From assembly GCF_035084215.1 (NCBI RefSeq), contig NC_090350.1, forward strand, positions 27,466,001 through 27,530,000: a stretch of 64,000 nucleotides of DNA, in the 5' to 3' direction. Made by a program: the position numbers and the translations under genes. Below are positions 13,748-27,779 of this stretch, piece by piece. This DNA is from Heptranchias perlo. Lineage: Eukaryota. Every line of letters begins with the position of its first letter. Position 1 is the stretch's first letter. The notes below the pieces were generated by a model. That model did no database searches and was not told where the DNA came from. It saw only the letters and a list, made by a program, of their open reading frames with translations.

Positions 13748-14924
13748 CTAAAAACGATTTAATAATGATCAGTAATCTTACAGTTATTACACAAATTAAT
13801 GTTCTCAAATCTGGCAGCTGAAAAATAGAATAAAAATGATTAACAAATGCACTTAAATAAATACTGAAAATTCCAATTTAATGCAATAAAATTATCACTG
13901 CTCCAATACACACAAACCAAATTGGAACCAGAAAGCTCCAATTCCAACTCAAAAATGCTTTGCAAATAAATGGTGGAGGTGACTGTAAAAGTTAGAAGTT
14001 TACATTGCAAGGTGTTAAGTTTTAATTACCTATTTGACTGACCAACTGCTCAAATCTGCATTAAATTATGGGCTGAAAAAGCTATTTCTAAACTAGGCAA
14101 CATCAGCAAAAAGGTTCATTATTTTTGTGGGCTGTGATAGCTATAATTTCTAAAATTAGCATTTTCTCATATGACATGCTTTTGTAATAATCTGGCATGA
14201 ACTTACTGGGAACTCTCCAATATTGAAAAGCTGTCAGTGCTGATGAAGGGAAATCATGTAAAAAATCTCATCGTGCTTTTAGTCCTGTTCTGGTAAGTGT
14301 GCATTCCGGTAAGTGTGCATTCCTGGACACACAATTACAGTTCCCAGGAGCTCATTTTCAAAAGGGGTACCAACTGTACAAAGAGAAAGTCTCTTAAGAA
14401 GTTGATTTAAAATCTGATGAAAGCTTTCTATCAAGGTACACTGATGCTAAAGTTCTGAAATAGAGTGTATCACAGCAAATCTCTCTGCATGGTTTATGCA
14501 GGTGTATATGGGATTCAGAAGGGAACAAAATGAGAAACCTGGTAACTGGGTGCAAGTGGGGCCCAACTAGCAATTTCTGTAGCCTTAGTGCTACAGTGCC
14601 AGATTACCTCCATCAGTAGCACACTCACATCTAAGTCAGAAGTTTGGGAGTTCAAGCCCCATTCCAGAACTTGAGTACATAATTTAGGCTGACACTTTAG
14701 TGCAATAATGAAGGAGTACTGCACTGTCAGAGGGTGCAATCTTTCAGATGAAAACTTAACCTGTTCAGTTAATTTAAATCATCCCACTGCACTATTCAAG
14801 GAAGAGCAGGGAGTTCGCCTGTGTCCTAGCCAACATTCCTCCCTCAACTAACAACACCAAAAACAGTTTTAACTATTCATTTAATTTGCTGTTTGTGGGA
14901 CCTTGCTGTGCACAAATTGGCTGC

Positions 14925-15890
14925 TGGGGTCCCCCAAGGATTATCCTTGGCTCCCTCCTATGTCTCATTTACATGTTGCCCTTGAGCGATATCATCCAAA
15001 GACGCAACGAAAGATCCACATGTGCACTGACGACACCCAGCTCTACCTCACCATGGATGAACCACAATTTCCTCCTATTGAACATTGGGTAGAATGAAGC
15101 CATTGTCTCCGCCACAAATTCTGTTTCCTCGCCACCAATTCCACCCCCTCCCGGGCCAATGCCTCAGGACAAACCAGACTGTTCGCAACCTCGGTGGCCT
15201 ATTTGACCCTGAGCTGAACTTCTGATCCCATATCTTAGCCATCATAAAGATCTACTACTTCCACCTCCATAACATCACCAGTCTCTGCCCCAGACTCAGC
15301 CCATTTGCTGCTGAAACACTCATCCATGCTTTTGTTACCTCCAGACTCGACTATTTCAATGCTCTCTTGGCCAGCCTCCCATTTTCCACCCTCCATAAAC
15401 CTTGAGCTCATCCAAAACTCTGCTGCACATATCCTAACCTGCACCAATCCTAACCCATTCACCCATCACCCTTGTGCTCACTGACCTACATTGGATCCCG
15501 GTCCACCAACGCCTCAATTTTAAAATTCTCATCATCATGTTGAAATCCCTCCATGGCCTCACTCCTCCCTTTCTCTGTAACCTCCTCCAGCCCAACAACT
15601 CTCCAGGAACTCTGTATTCCTCCAACTCTGGCCTCCTGTGCATCCCCCCACTCCCTTCATCCCATCAGTCACAACCGCGCCTTAAGCCACCCAGGCCATA
15701 AGCTCTGGAATTCTGTCTTCCGAATTCTCAAAATTTTTCTGTCTCTCTCTCCTCCTTTAAGACACTCTTTAAAACCTACCTCTTTGACGAAGCTTTTAGT
15801 CATCAGTCCTAACACCTCCTTTGGTATGGTGTCAATTTTTGTCTGATTATGCTCCGGTCAAGGGCCTTGGGATGTTTTACTACATTAAAG
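14925..15890 (+). mobile_element. Decayed L2 LINE 3' part, split by the CR1 (tail resumes at 20470-20495)
   Basis: GVPQG, TDDTQLY, IQNSAA and DLHWIPV remnants; tail continuous across the CR1. Confidence 0.85.
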
Positions 15891-16222
15891 ACAGCTGAGA
15901 GGAGCCGAGCCGAGCAGAGGGAGCGTCCGATAAAAGGCGGGATTTCAGAGCGCTGAGAACAACTGAGAGGAGCCGAGCGGATCGGAGGGAGCATCCGATA
16001 AAAGGCGGGATTTCAGAGCGCTGAGAACAGCTGAGAGGAGCCGAGCGGATCGGAGGGAGCGTCCGATAAAAGGCGGGATTTCAGAGCGCTGAGAGCAGCT
16101 GAGAGGAGCGGATCGGAGCGGAGGGAGCGTCCGATAAAAGGCTGGATTTCAGAGCACTGAGAACAGCTGAGAGGAGCCGAGCGGGGCGGAGGGAGCGTCC
16201 GATAAAAGGCGGGATTTCAGAG
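15891..16222 (+). repeat. About 4.9 tandem 68-bp monomers at the CR1 5' end
   Basis: Units start at 15891, 15959, 16027, 16095 and 16163; core GAGCGTCCGATAAAAGGCGGGATTTCAGAG. Confidence 0.95.
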
Positions 16223-16542
16223 GGAGCTGCGACCGAGTTCGAAGTGACGTCAGGAATCAGAAAGGGACGCGACACAGGGGAGGCACCTGATTGGTGAGTA
16301 GGTTCAGGTGAGTATTTCTACTTATCTACAGTAACTAAAGTAAAAAGAAAGGGAAGGTCTGCAGGTCTTATAGGAAGTAGCATTTTTTTTTAGTAAATCA
16401 AGGTCCCGAGTGTAGTTAACTTTCTCTAAATTAAGAACAATTTAAAGGAGTAAACTCCTCAAAGGGAGTGGTAAGTAGTTTTTCTTTCCTTTTTTTTCTC
16501 TTGACATTGTAGTTGTTGTTAAGCTAACTTAAGGGTTAAGTC

Positions 16543-17435
16543 ATGGCAGGAGATCCCAGGGCCGTGTCATGTTCCTCTTGTGGGATGTGGGAATTCAGGG
16601 ATCCTTCCTGTGTCCCTGATTCCTTCACCTGCGGATGGACTCACTTTGGAGCATCCGCGATGCTGAGAAAGTCGTGGATAACACGTTCAGTGAGTTGGTC
16701 ACACCGCAGATAAAAATTACTGAGGGAGATAGTGAATGGGTGACCAACAGACAGAGGAAGAGTAGGAAGGCAGTGCAGGGGTCCCCTGCGGTCATCTCCC
16801 TCCAAAACAGGTATACCGTTTTGGATACTGTTGGGGGAGATGGCTCACCAGGGGAAGGTGGCAGTGGCCAGGTTCATGGCACCGTGGCTGGCTCTGCTGC
16901 ACAGGAGGGCAGGAAAAAGAGTGGCAGAGCTATAGTGATAGGGGACTCGATTGTAAGGGGAATAGACAGGCGTTTCTGCGGACGCAACCGAGACTCCAGG
17001 ATGGTATGTTGCCTCCCTGGTGCAAGGGTCAAGGATGTCTCGGAGCGGCTGCAGGACATTCTGGAGGGGGAGGGTGAACAGCCAGTTGTCGTGGTGCATA
17101 TAGGCACCAATGATATAGGTAAAAAACAGGATGAGGTCCTACAAGCTGAATTTAGGGAGTTAGGAGTTATACTAAAGAGTAGGACCTCAAAGGTAGTAAT
17201 CTCAGGATTGCTACCAGTGCCACGGGCTAGTCAGAGTAGGAATGACAGGATAGCTAAGATGAATACGTGGCTTGAGAGATGGTGCAAGAGGGAGGGATTC
17301 AAATTCCTGGGCCATTGGAACCGGTTCTGGGGGAGGTGGGACCAGTACAAATTGGACGGTCTGCATCTGGGCAGGACTGGAACCAATGTCCAAGGGGGAG
17401 TGTTTGCTAGTGCTGATGGGGAGGGTTTAAACTAA
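16543..17435 (+). pseudogene. CR1 ORF1 (zinc finger plus SGNH esterase), frameshifted
   Basis: MAGDPRAVSCSSCGMWEF...FTCG from 16543 is out of frame with the 16635-17435 ORF that carries the GDSIVRG, GTNDI and DGLHL motifs. Confidence 0.85.
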
Positions 17436-20384
17436 TGTGGCAGGGGGATGGGAACCGATGCAGGAAGTCAGTGGGAAATAAAATGGTGACAGAAACAAAA
17501 GGCAGTAAGGGAGAGTGCACAGAACATGACCGGACAGATGGTCTGAGAAAGCAGGGCAAAGACCAAGGGAAGTCTAGATTAAACTGCATTTATTTCAATG
17601 CAAGAAGTCTGATGGGCAAGGCAGATGAACTTAGGGCATGGATGGGGACATGGGACTGGGATGTTATAGCTATTACTGAAACATGGCTAAGGGAGGGGCA
17701 GGACTGGCAGCTCAATGTTCCAGGGTACAGATGCTATAGGAAAGATAGAGCAGGAGGTAAGAGAGGAGGGGGAGTTGCGTTCTTGATTAGGGAGAACATC
17801 ACGGCAGTAGTGAGAGGGGATATATCCGAGGGTTCGCCCACTGAGTCTATATGGGTAGAACTGAAAAATAAGAAGGGAGAGATCACTTTGATAGGATTGT
17901 ACTACAGACCCCCAAATAGTCAATGGGAAATTGAGGAGCAAATATGTAAGGAGATTACAGACAGCTGCAAGAAAAATAGGGTGGTAATAGTAGGGGACTT
18001 TAACTTTCCCAACATTGACTGGGACAGCCATAGCATTAGGGGCTTGGATGGAGAGAAATTTGTTGAGTGCATTCAGGAGGAATTTCTCATTTATTATGTG
18101 GATGGCCCGACTAGAGAGGGGGCAAAACTTGACCTCCTCTTGGGAAATAAGGAAGGGCAGGTGACAGAAGTGTTAGTGAGGGATCACTTTGGGACCAGTG
18201 ATCATAATTCCATTAGTTTTAAGATAGCTATGGAGAAGGATAGGTCTGGCCCAAAAGTTAAAATTCTAAATTGGGGAAAGGCCAATTTTGATGGTATTAG
18301 ACAGGAACTTTCAGAAGTTGATTGGGAGAGTCTGTTGGCAGGTAAAGGGACGTCTGGTAAGTGGGAGGCTTTCAAAAGTGTGTTAACCAGGGTTCAGGGT
18401 AAGCACATTCCTTATAAAGTGAAGGGCAAGGCTGGTAGAAGTAGGGAACCTTGGATGACTCGGGAGATTGAGGCCCTAGTCAAAAAGAAGGAGGCGGCAT
18501 ATGACATGCATAGGCAGCTGGGATCAAGTGGATCCCTTGAAGAGTATAGAGATTGCCGGAGTAGAGTTAAGAGAGAAATCAGGAGGGCAAAAAGGGGACA
18601 TGAGATTGTTTTGGCAGATCAGGCAAAGGAGAATCCAAAGAGCTTCTACAAATACATAAAGGGCAAAAGGGTAACTAGGGAGAGAGTAGGGCCTCTTAAG
18701 GATCAACAAGGTCATCTAAGTGCGGAACCACAAGAGATGGGTGAGATCCTGAATGAATATTTCACATCGGTATTTACGGTTGAGAAAGGCATGGATGTTA
18801 GGGAACTTGGGGAAATAAATAGTGATGTCTTGAGGAGTGTACATATTACAGAGAGGGAGGTGCTGGAAGTCTTAACGCGCATCAAGGTCGATAAATCTCC
18901 GGGACCTGATGAAATGTATCCCAGGACGTTATGGGAGGTTAGGGAGGAAATTGCGGGTCCCCTAGCAGAGATATTTGAATCATCCACCGCTACAGGTGAG
19001 GTGCCTGAAGATTGGAGGGTAGCAAATGTTGTGCCTTTGTTTAAGAAGGGCGGCAGGGAAAAGCCTGGGAACTACAGACCGGTGAGCCTGACATCTGTAG
19101 TGGGTAAGTTGTTAGAGGGTATTCTGAGGGACAGGATCTACAGGCATTTGGAGAGGCAGGGACTAATTCGGAACAGTCAGCATGGTTTTGTGAGAGGAAA
19201 ATCATGTCTCACGAATTTGATTGAGTTTTTTGAAGGGGTAACCAAGAAGATAGATGAGGGCTGTGCAGTAGACGTGGTCTACATGGACTTCAGCAAAGCC
19301 TTTGACAAGGTACCGCATGGTAGGTTGTTACATAAGGTTAAATCTCATGGGATCCAAGGTGAAGTAGCCAATTGGATACAAAATTGGCTTGACGACAGAA
19401 GACAGAGGGTGGTTGTAGAGGGTTGTTTTTCAAACTGGATGCCTGTGTCCAGCGGTGTGCCTCAGGGTTCGGTGCTGGGCCCGCTGTTATTTGTTATTTA
19501 TATTAATGATTTGGATGAGAATTTAGGAGGCATGGTTAGTAAGTTTGCAGATAACACCAAGATTGGTGGCATTGTGGACAGTGAAGAAGGTTATCTGGGA
19601 TTGCAACGGGATCTTGATAAATTGGGCCAGTGGGCCGATGAATGGCAGATGGAGTTTAATTTAGATAAATGTGAGGTGATGCATTTTGGTAGATCGAATC
19701 GGGCCAGGACCTACTCCGTTAATGGTAGGGCGTTGGGGAGAGTTATAGAACAAAGAGATCTAGGAGTACAGGTTCATAGCTCCTTGAAAGTGGAGTCACA
19801 GGTGGATAGGGTGGTGAAGAAGGCATTTGGCATGCTTGGTTTCATTGGTCAGAACATTGAATGCAGGAGTTGGGATGTCTTGTTGAAGTTGTACAGGGCA
19901 TTGGTGAGGCCACACTTGGAGTACTGTGTACAGTTCTGGTCACCCTATTATAGAAAGGATATTATTAAACTAGAAAGAGTGCAGAAAAGATTTACTAGGA
20001 TGCTACCAGGACTTGATGGTTTGACTTATAGGGAGAGGTTAGACAGACTGGGACTTTTTTCCCCCGGAGAGTAGGAGGTTAAGGGGTGATCTTATAGAAG
20101 TCTATAAAATAATGAGGGGCATAGATAAGGTCGATAGTCAAAATCTTTTCCCAAAGGTAGGGTAGTCTATAACGAGGGGGCATAGATTTAAGGTGAGAGG
20201 GGAGAGATACAAAAGGGTCCAGAAGGGCAATTTTTTCACTCAAAGGGTGGTGAGTGTCTGGAACGAGCTGCCAGAGGCAGTAGTAGAGGCGGGTACAATT
20301 TTGTCTTTTAAAAAGCATTTGGACAGTTACATGGTTAAGATGGGTATAGAGGGATATGGGCCAAGTGCAGGCAATTGGGACTAG
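17435..20384 (+). pseudogene. CR1 ORF2 (APE endonuclease plus reverse transcriptase), disabled
   Basis: 879-aa ORF with YFNARS, ITETW, GDFN, SDHN, YRPVSLTS, YMDFSKAFD and GVPQGSVLGP; the catalytic motif reads FADN; frameshift near 20060 and the C-terminus continues to 20384. Confidence 0.92.
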
Positions 20385-20469
20385 CTTAGTGGTATAAACT
20401 GGGCGACATGGACATGTTGGGCCGAAGGGCCTGTTTCCATGTTGTAACTTCTATGATTCTATGATTCTA

Positions 20470-21395
20470 TAAAGGCACTATATAAATGCAAGCTGATATT
20501 ATTTTTACGTGCATAATAATGACGGGTCGCGAAGTGCTTTGCAACTACTTGAGAATGTGATATGGTGTTACATAAATCCAAATTCTTTCTATATGAAATC
20601 CAAAAAAATTCAATACTATGACATCATTAAATATTCTGGCTGTATGACTATGTGAATTAAGACAATGGACCTGTATGGACCATGGTAAACAGCCTGAAAT
20701 GTGGGTTCCCTGGTGGCCTGGTGAACAAACATGGTGCTATTAAGAATTACAGACTCAGGAAGATGTCTAGCTTGATGCATGGTCTTCAGCAGATTAGTGG
20801 ATCTCAGCCACCGCCATGGTGAAGAACAGAGACGGAGGGGAAAGTTAGATAAGAGTTCCCAATCTCAGGAGCTTTCCAGTGACCCTTGAATAGACAGATT
20901 TAATAGCCTGCACCACACACAAAAAATGGCCACGGTGGAGATACTGGAAGACTGCCTGCACCCATGGAGCCGTAGTCCAGCATGAGTTGCAGCCTTCAAA
21001 AAAAGAGGAGAAAAGGGAACACATCCTAAAATCATTCTGTAAAAGTAACTTGATGTCTGTTGCAAAGTTGTAGAGATAAGCCTCAATTTAGAAGAGACCC
21101 ATCTGGATTTACTAAGCAATACTTTGGCACACCAGCTCCTTCAGGGTCTGCACTGCACAATCAGAACTGGTTGTAGGAACTAGGTGCTACATTACATATA
21201 GATCTATATATTTGGCAAAGCTACTTAACAGTACGTTTGCTATGTACACAAGCTTTTCCTATTTCTATGGCAGTACCATAGTTAGATGTGTTTTTCCTTA
21301 GCTGTAGTGGATCAACATGGTGTTAGGTAAATTGCCTCCTTTTGTACCATATGTTAAGTATCTAACTATCAGCTGCCTAATGTTTCCTCTAATTG
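20470..21395 (+). repeat. Intragenic duplicated block, copy 2 (intron 6)
   Basis: Shares ctatatgaaatccaaaaaa, tgtgaattaagacaatg, tggaccatggtaaacagcc, cctaaaatcattctgtaaaa and taggaactaggtgctacattacatatag with copy 1. Confidence 0.85.
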
Positions 21396-22176
21396 TGTGG
21401 CAATTTCCTCCTCTGCACATTACACACAAACATATGAATGTCCAGGGTTTTCTATATATGGGGAGGGGAGGAGGCAGGGGGAACTGCAACATATTCAAAT
21501 TTTGGTGATATATTTTAGTATCAACCATTCAACTATACCAACACTCCTAGCTGGGAGATCAAGATGGAACTGTTTCACGTGGATTGAATCCGAACTCTCA
21601 AATGAGTGCAAAAAGGGACATTGACGATTTTTCTTGGCTGGACTGTAAGCAAAGTATAAAGCAGTAACAGAAGATTGGTGCTAAAGTTTGGGCAGCTGTG
21701 ATCCCCATTTTAATAACTGGGCACTCCACTGCATATGTAAAAGCATTTCATGACAATTCTTCCCCCCCCACCCCACCCCCGCATACACACACACAAAATC
21801 CTCAATTGAAAACTGCAGCAATTTAATGTTTCCTAAAACGTGTAATTATTCCATAACTTGGTATAAATTTTAATACAGCCCAAATGAAATGTATTTCTTG
21901 GACTTAAAATATGTCGCAGCAAATTAGTCAAGAGATTTCCAGTTTGTCTGCTACATTATCCCTAGACTGACACATGTGGGTTCCCTGCTCTTCAGTGAGT
22001 TGCAAGGGATTTTCATTCAATTATCAGAAAGATCAGAACAACCGTTAAGTGAAGTAAAATGATGATATATGACCTACGTACAGGTCATTTTTAAACAAGT
22101 GTTTTCTATACTTTTATGTCAACAGAAAACAATAGTAAAATAATAGTGGTAGGAGTATCTTAGAAAGGTGGAGTTA

Positions 22177-22353
<177 letters not shown>

Positions 22354-23144
22354 CTAGATATAGGCACAAGAAAAGAGCATCAACACATGTATGTGATATA
22401 AACAAGGAGAACAACACTTATCAAACTTGACATTTACTACAGTGTACATAAGCCAGGATTACTCAAAGGGCACTATGCAGCATAATGCAACATTAAAACC
22501 AACCCTATGGAGGCAGATTGTGGCCGTGCTTGTTTCAATTACTGAAATACTACAGTATACATTAAAACACTCATTCTAAGGAATGAAATTAGTTGCTCAT
22601 TCTAAGCAATGACGTTAGCTGCATGAAGGAAAATTTTAAAATGTAAATCTAAAATTTATATTCAGAGAGCAATCTATGGTTGTTTCAGAAATATACTTCC
22701 ATATTATCAGTGATAAAAGGGGGATTTTTTTCCTCTTCCTCACCAATTTGTTCTCCTGAAGGCATTAACTCTTTGCCTTGGTATACCAGCAGCCACTAGC
22801 ACCTTAAAGTGGCTATTATTCAGTCAAGTGGTAGCACTTTCACCTGAGTCAGAAGGTCATAGGTTTAAGCCCAATCCAGAGGCTTGAGCACATAATCAAG
22901 GCAGACACATCAGTACAGTAAAGAGGGAATGCTGCACTGTTGGAGGTGCTGTCTTTCGGATGAGATGTTAAACTGAAGGGCCATCTACCTTCTCAGGTGG
23001 ATGTAAATGATCCAATGGCACTTTTCAAACAAGAACCACGGAATTCTCCCAGTAGTCTGGTCATTTAACTCTCAACCAACACTTAAAATAGATGATCTGT
23101 TCATATATTTCATTGCTGGTTGTGGGACCTTGCTGTGCGCAAAT

Positions 23145-23675
23145 TGATATGATTGCTGTTTTTAGGATTCTAAAGGGACTAGATAACGTAGATGATGACA
23201 AGCAATTTCACCTAGTCCAGAACAGTAGAACGAGAGAACATGGCCTGCGTCTGAAGGGGGGTAAATTCAAAACTAATCTGCCAAAATAATATTTCAGTGA
23301 GCGAGTGGTCAATCTATAGAACAGGCATCTTAGGGAGATGGTGGAAGCAGTGAGCACTGATTCATTCGAATGCAAATTAGACAGATTTCTTTCAGAGAAT
23401 AACATTTTGATTACAGTATATGAGAAATCTGAGACATGACATGCGGTAAATGTAGCATGCTTGGGAGGAACAGGTGACTTTGGACCTATGGTTCCCAAAG
23501 CTCTCCATTACTGGGGTTTTCCTTACATCACATCTGGGTCTGTTGTAGACTAATTGAGAGATTGATTGCTACGATTAGTCAACAACTCCATTATCGTTGT
23601 ATCATGTGACTACCAGGATGAAGAAGGTGAACTATATGGAACGTGGTCTTTTCTCGTCTAGCAACTCCTATGACT
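23145..23675 (+). mobile_element. CR1 3' fragment nested in a SINE
   Basis: DMIAVFRILKGLD...TREHGLRLKGGKF remnant plus 3'UTR; SINE halves at 22830-23144 and 23676-23760. Confidence 0.65.
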
Positions 23676-23997
23676 ACAATTTAAAAGTACTTCATTGGCT
23701 GTAAAGCGCTTTGGGACATCCTGAGATCGCGAACGGTGCCTTTAAATGCAAGTTTTATCTTTCTTTCTTTTACTCACAGTGAGTATTGCCAGGCTATTTA
23801 ATTATGGGGTGTGTAGCAGGCTGAGCCCAATCCTGTCCTCACCTGAAAATACACATGCACTTCCAGAAGGGTTACCTGGATAACGATCAGCAGTAGAAAT
23901 CATGGCCAATTTTCTCCTCCCAAAACTGGGGGCACTAAAGCCAATTGTAGCACCCTACTGCTTCCTTAGCTGAAATTAGCTGACTAAGCACAGCGTA

Positions 23998-24232
23998 GGA
24001 ATTTAGGAACATAGGAACAGGAGTAGGCCATTCAGCCCCTCGTGCTTGCTCTGCTATTTGATAAGATCATGGCTGATCAGTGATCTAACTCCATATACCT
24101 GCCTTTGGCCCATATCCCTTAATACCTTTGGTTGCCAAAAAGCTATCTATCTCAGATTTAAATTTAGCAATTGAGCTGGTATCAATTGCCGTTTGCAGAA
24201 GAGAGTTCCAAACTTCTACCACACTTTGTGAG
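23998..24232 (-). mobile_element. CR1 3'UTR fragment
   Basis: taggaacataggaacaggagtaggccattcagcccctcg is the reverse of the CR1 tail type seen at 39230-39297. Confidence 0.7.
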
Positions 24233-25604
24233 TATTATATGGTCTGTATGGCTCAGCTACTTAATGGATACTTATAAACTTTTCACAAACTTAAAAGTTA
24301 GCTTTTATAATTAAATAATTGCACTGTGTATCAAAATGAATTAAATATTCATGTTTTATGCAAAAGTTGAAATTACACTTGCAACTGCAACAGCTGGAGT
24401 GGTTCATTTTTAGCTTTAATCAGTTACTTTTGATGTAAATCAAACTATAGTTGTAATGAGCCCCTGATCTCAACTTAAAAGGCTTACTTCGAATTCAATA
24501 TGACGGTCATGAAATTGTTAGCATTGGCCATTCTCACATCCAAGAGAGATAACTTTCAAAGCTTTATAGAACACTCAATTGAAGAAAAAAATCAGATAGT
24601 AAAATGTAAGACAGTCCTTCCAGCATACATTAAAAAAAATCATCCAGAATATTATATTTTTAGTTTAACACCCATAGACTGTGACCTAGTCACAAACCAT
24701 GAACAACCTCCTCTGCCTTCGCCAACAAATCTGTAAAAGTGGGACAGTGAGTCACAGAACAGTATTCGGCAAAAAGATCCACAGCAAAGAGTTATAGTCA
24801 TATGGGACCTACAAGGCATGAAGAGCATTATTAATGAGAGAGATACACCAGATCAAGAGAAAAAAAAATATTGAACTAAGGGTAAGAGAAGAAAATTACT
24901 TTGTGAAATCGTAAAAACAAAACAAACGGTTTATGTAGTGACTTTGCTTCGGTAGTAAAGCATTCTTTTACTGACCATGGTATTTCAGTTCATTTTGAAT
25001 ATGACTCCCTATCAAGTCTGACATCTTTGAACTAGGTCACATTATAGTAGCAACCTTGTTTGGACTGCATTACTTGCATTTGCTTTCAACCATCCTCTGC
25101 ATTTATACATCAGATATTTAATGGTACAAATATGTTTGCAGCTCAGGCTGCCTCACTTGACTTTGGCTGTTCCTTTCCATTATTACATGTGGCACTCATT
25201 AAAGCAGAATTGTTAGCACTTATCCCCATTAATAAAAGTTCATTTTGTATTCCAAAATCTGTTTCTCATTTCAGCATTTATATCACTGAATGTAATTTAT
25301 AAAAATATCAAAATTAGAAGATCTCAAAGAACCTCAAATTTTATTTGGAAAAACAATTACAGCACCTAAAGTACTTGAGAGAATGCAGATCTTGGAAAGC
25401 TTCACTTTTACAACAATTTCTTGCAGCTGACCATATTTAAATTTCCAAATTAAACTTTTAGAGGTTCGGGTAATTCAGTTTTTCTGTTTCTGCATGTACA
25501 GAGAATTCATTTTAGTGGCTAACTTTGTTCAATAAAATTGGCACTCTAAATGACTACACACTTAAGTGTGTGCCAAAAAAAATAGCAGTTCTGATCCATT
25601 TCTA

Positions 25605-25784
<180 letters not shown>

Positions 25785-27193
25785 TCAGCAGATATGAAAA
25801 CTAACCAAGCAGCAAACAGAATTAGCATTCCTTTACTGATGCAGCATGAGCACTTCCTTCTGGGGTAGGAAGATTTGTGCTGGCCACCTGTACTCACTCA
25901 CTCTCTCTGTACTCTGTGGTTAACATCTGTAATCCATTTTGCGGTCAATATTTTTTTTGTTGCTACTGGAGTATGTAAGCTCTGTGTGCCCTCCAAAAGG
26001 CAACCAAAATATTTGGGGCTGTCAAAGAGCAGAATGCAATTACATTATCTAAAACAGTCAGACATATTTGCATCCTTGGACCACCACTTGAATGCCAAAA
26101 TTTAGATGGGTCCCATTCATTTCAATGAGAAGCAATCAGATTCAAAAGGGTTCCGAATTTTATTTAGTTCTCTTTATTAAAAAAAAGTCTTCATGTTTTA
26201 GGTGCAATCTTCTGTTTAGCACTATTTATGTCTCTTTCAGGTTGCTGCATTAACCATTTTAATCACCAAAGAATCCCTTTTATTTTTAAACTTTGAATAT
26301 TGTTTTCAGTGCCAATAGTTGTGATGGTGGCAATTATGGAAGCACAAAAATCACTTGCTTATACTATTCTCAAAGTAAACTGAAAAATTGTAACACGGTT
26401 GCATTTAAATTCTACCAGTGTTTAAAATGTTAAACACTGTCTCCAATAATACTGAGACTGTTCACATCTTAGTGCAGCACAGATTTTCAACAGCATGAGA
26501 GAGGTTGAGTCATGAGAAGAGGAAATAAAGGATACAGCTATGATGTGTAAGCTGAATAATGTAATGCAAGTTTCATTCCAGAATTCTATAACTGTTTTAA
26601 AATATAAGTTCAATTATTGAAATTGGAAATTTATCACTCTCCACACTTACAAAAAATATACTCAACAGATAATTCACTGAAGTGAACACAGAATGCTTCC
26701 AGCAAAAAGAGATCATTCCATGGTTTTCTTTGAAGACAGAATATCAATATTCTCTCCTCTAATCGCCTGCACCAAGACCACCTGCAGTTAAATTGAGTCC
26801 AGGCCTCTGCTAATGCTGCTCACTGGGAGGCATATGGAAGGAGTCAAACATCCATTCTCCCTGTGGAAAGGCATCTGGACTCACTCAGCATCATCCCACA
26901 GCAAAGCAGCTGATCAGGAATTCAGAAGAATGGGAAAAACGAGCATTGAGGAGATTTAATTATAACAGGAAAAATTCAGATTATCAAATTGGCACGAAAG
27001 AATGCTCAAGCACTATGCTGAGATCTTGAACGTTTAAAAACAAACTAAAATATAATAATTTGAAAAATAAATGAAAATACTACCCACTACACTTGGAGAC
27101 AGTCCTGCAGAGGAGAATGTTGTAAATATCACCTCTCTCGTGGGATTGGAAAACATAAGTACAGCACTACCATGTCATACTATCTTCATCTCA

Positions 27194-27373
<180 letters not shown>

Positions 27374-27779
27374 TTATACAATATTTAATTAAATTCAAAA
27401 TCAAGCAAAAGCTTCCATGATCCTTGGATGGATCGAAATTAATCGTGGTCCTTGAGGTCACATGTTTTTTCTTGAAAATACACAAATAGCTATGTGAACT
27501 ATGATTTAGTTTGCAACATTTTGATGGCTTAAGTCTCAACCGAATCGCTCAAGATAACCTCATTCCCTTTCTACACTTCCACGATGTAACATTCCTCCAT
27601 TCTTCCTTGTAATAAACATAACTATGAACTTTCATACAAATAAATAGTAGTACTGTCCCACTCCTTAAGCTGTACAGTCAAAAAAGATGAAAAATGAATA
27701 TGATATAAAAGAGACACGCTGAATGGACCATTACCCTGTCCCCAGTACTGGGCACTTTCGTAAAAAATATTATAGTTGG

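Larger units (their letters stand above)
15891..20469 (+). mobile_element. Near-full-length CR1 LINE, antisense in PABPC4 intron 6
   Basis: 5' tandem monomers, ORF1 with SGNH esterase, ORF2 with APE endonuclease and RT, (TTCTATGA)n tail; TAAAG at 15886-15890 and 20470-20474 as a likely TSD, splitting an L2 3' tail. Confidence 0.95.

Noticed and set aside
14292-14323. Perfect 16-bp tandem duplication GGTAAGTGTGCATTCC with donor-like GTAAGT
   Set aside because: On the strand opposite PABPC4; an ordinary slippage duplication.
15891-16222. Regularly spaced repeats as a CRISPR-like array
   Set aside because: Whole 68-bp units repeat with no unique spacers, there are no cas genes, and the array is the 5' end of a vertebrate LINE.
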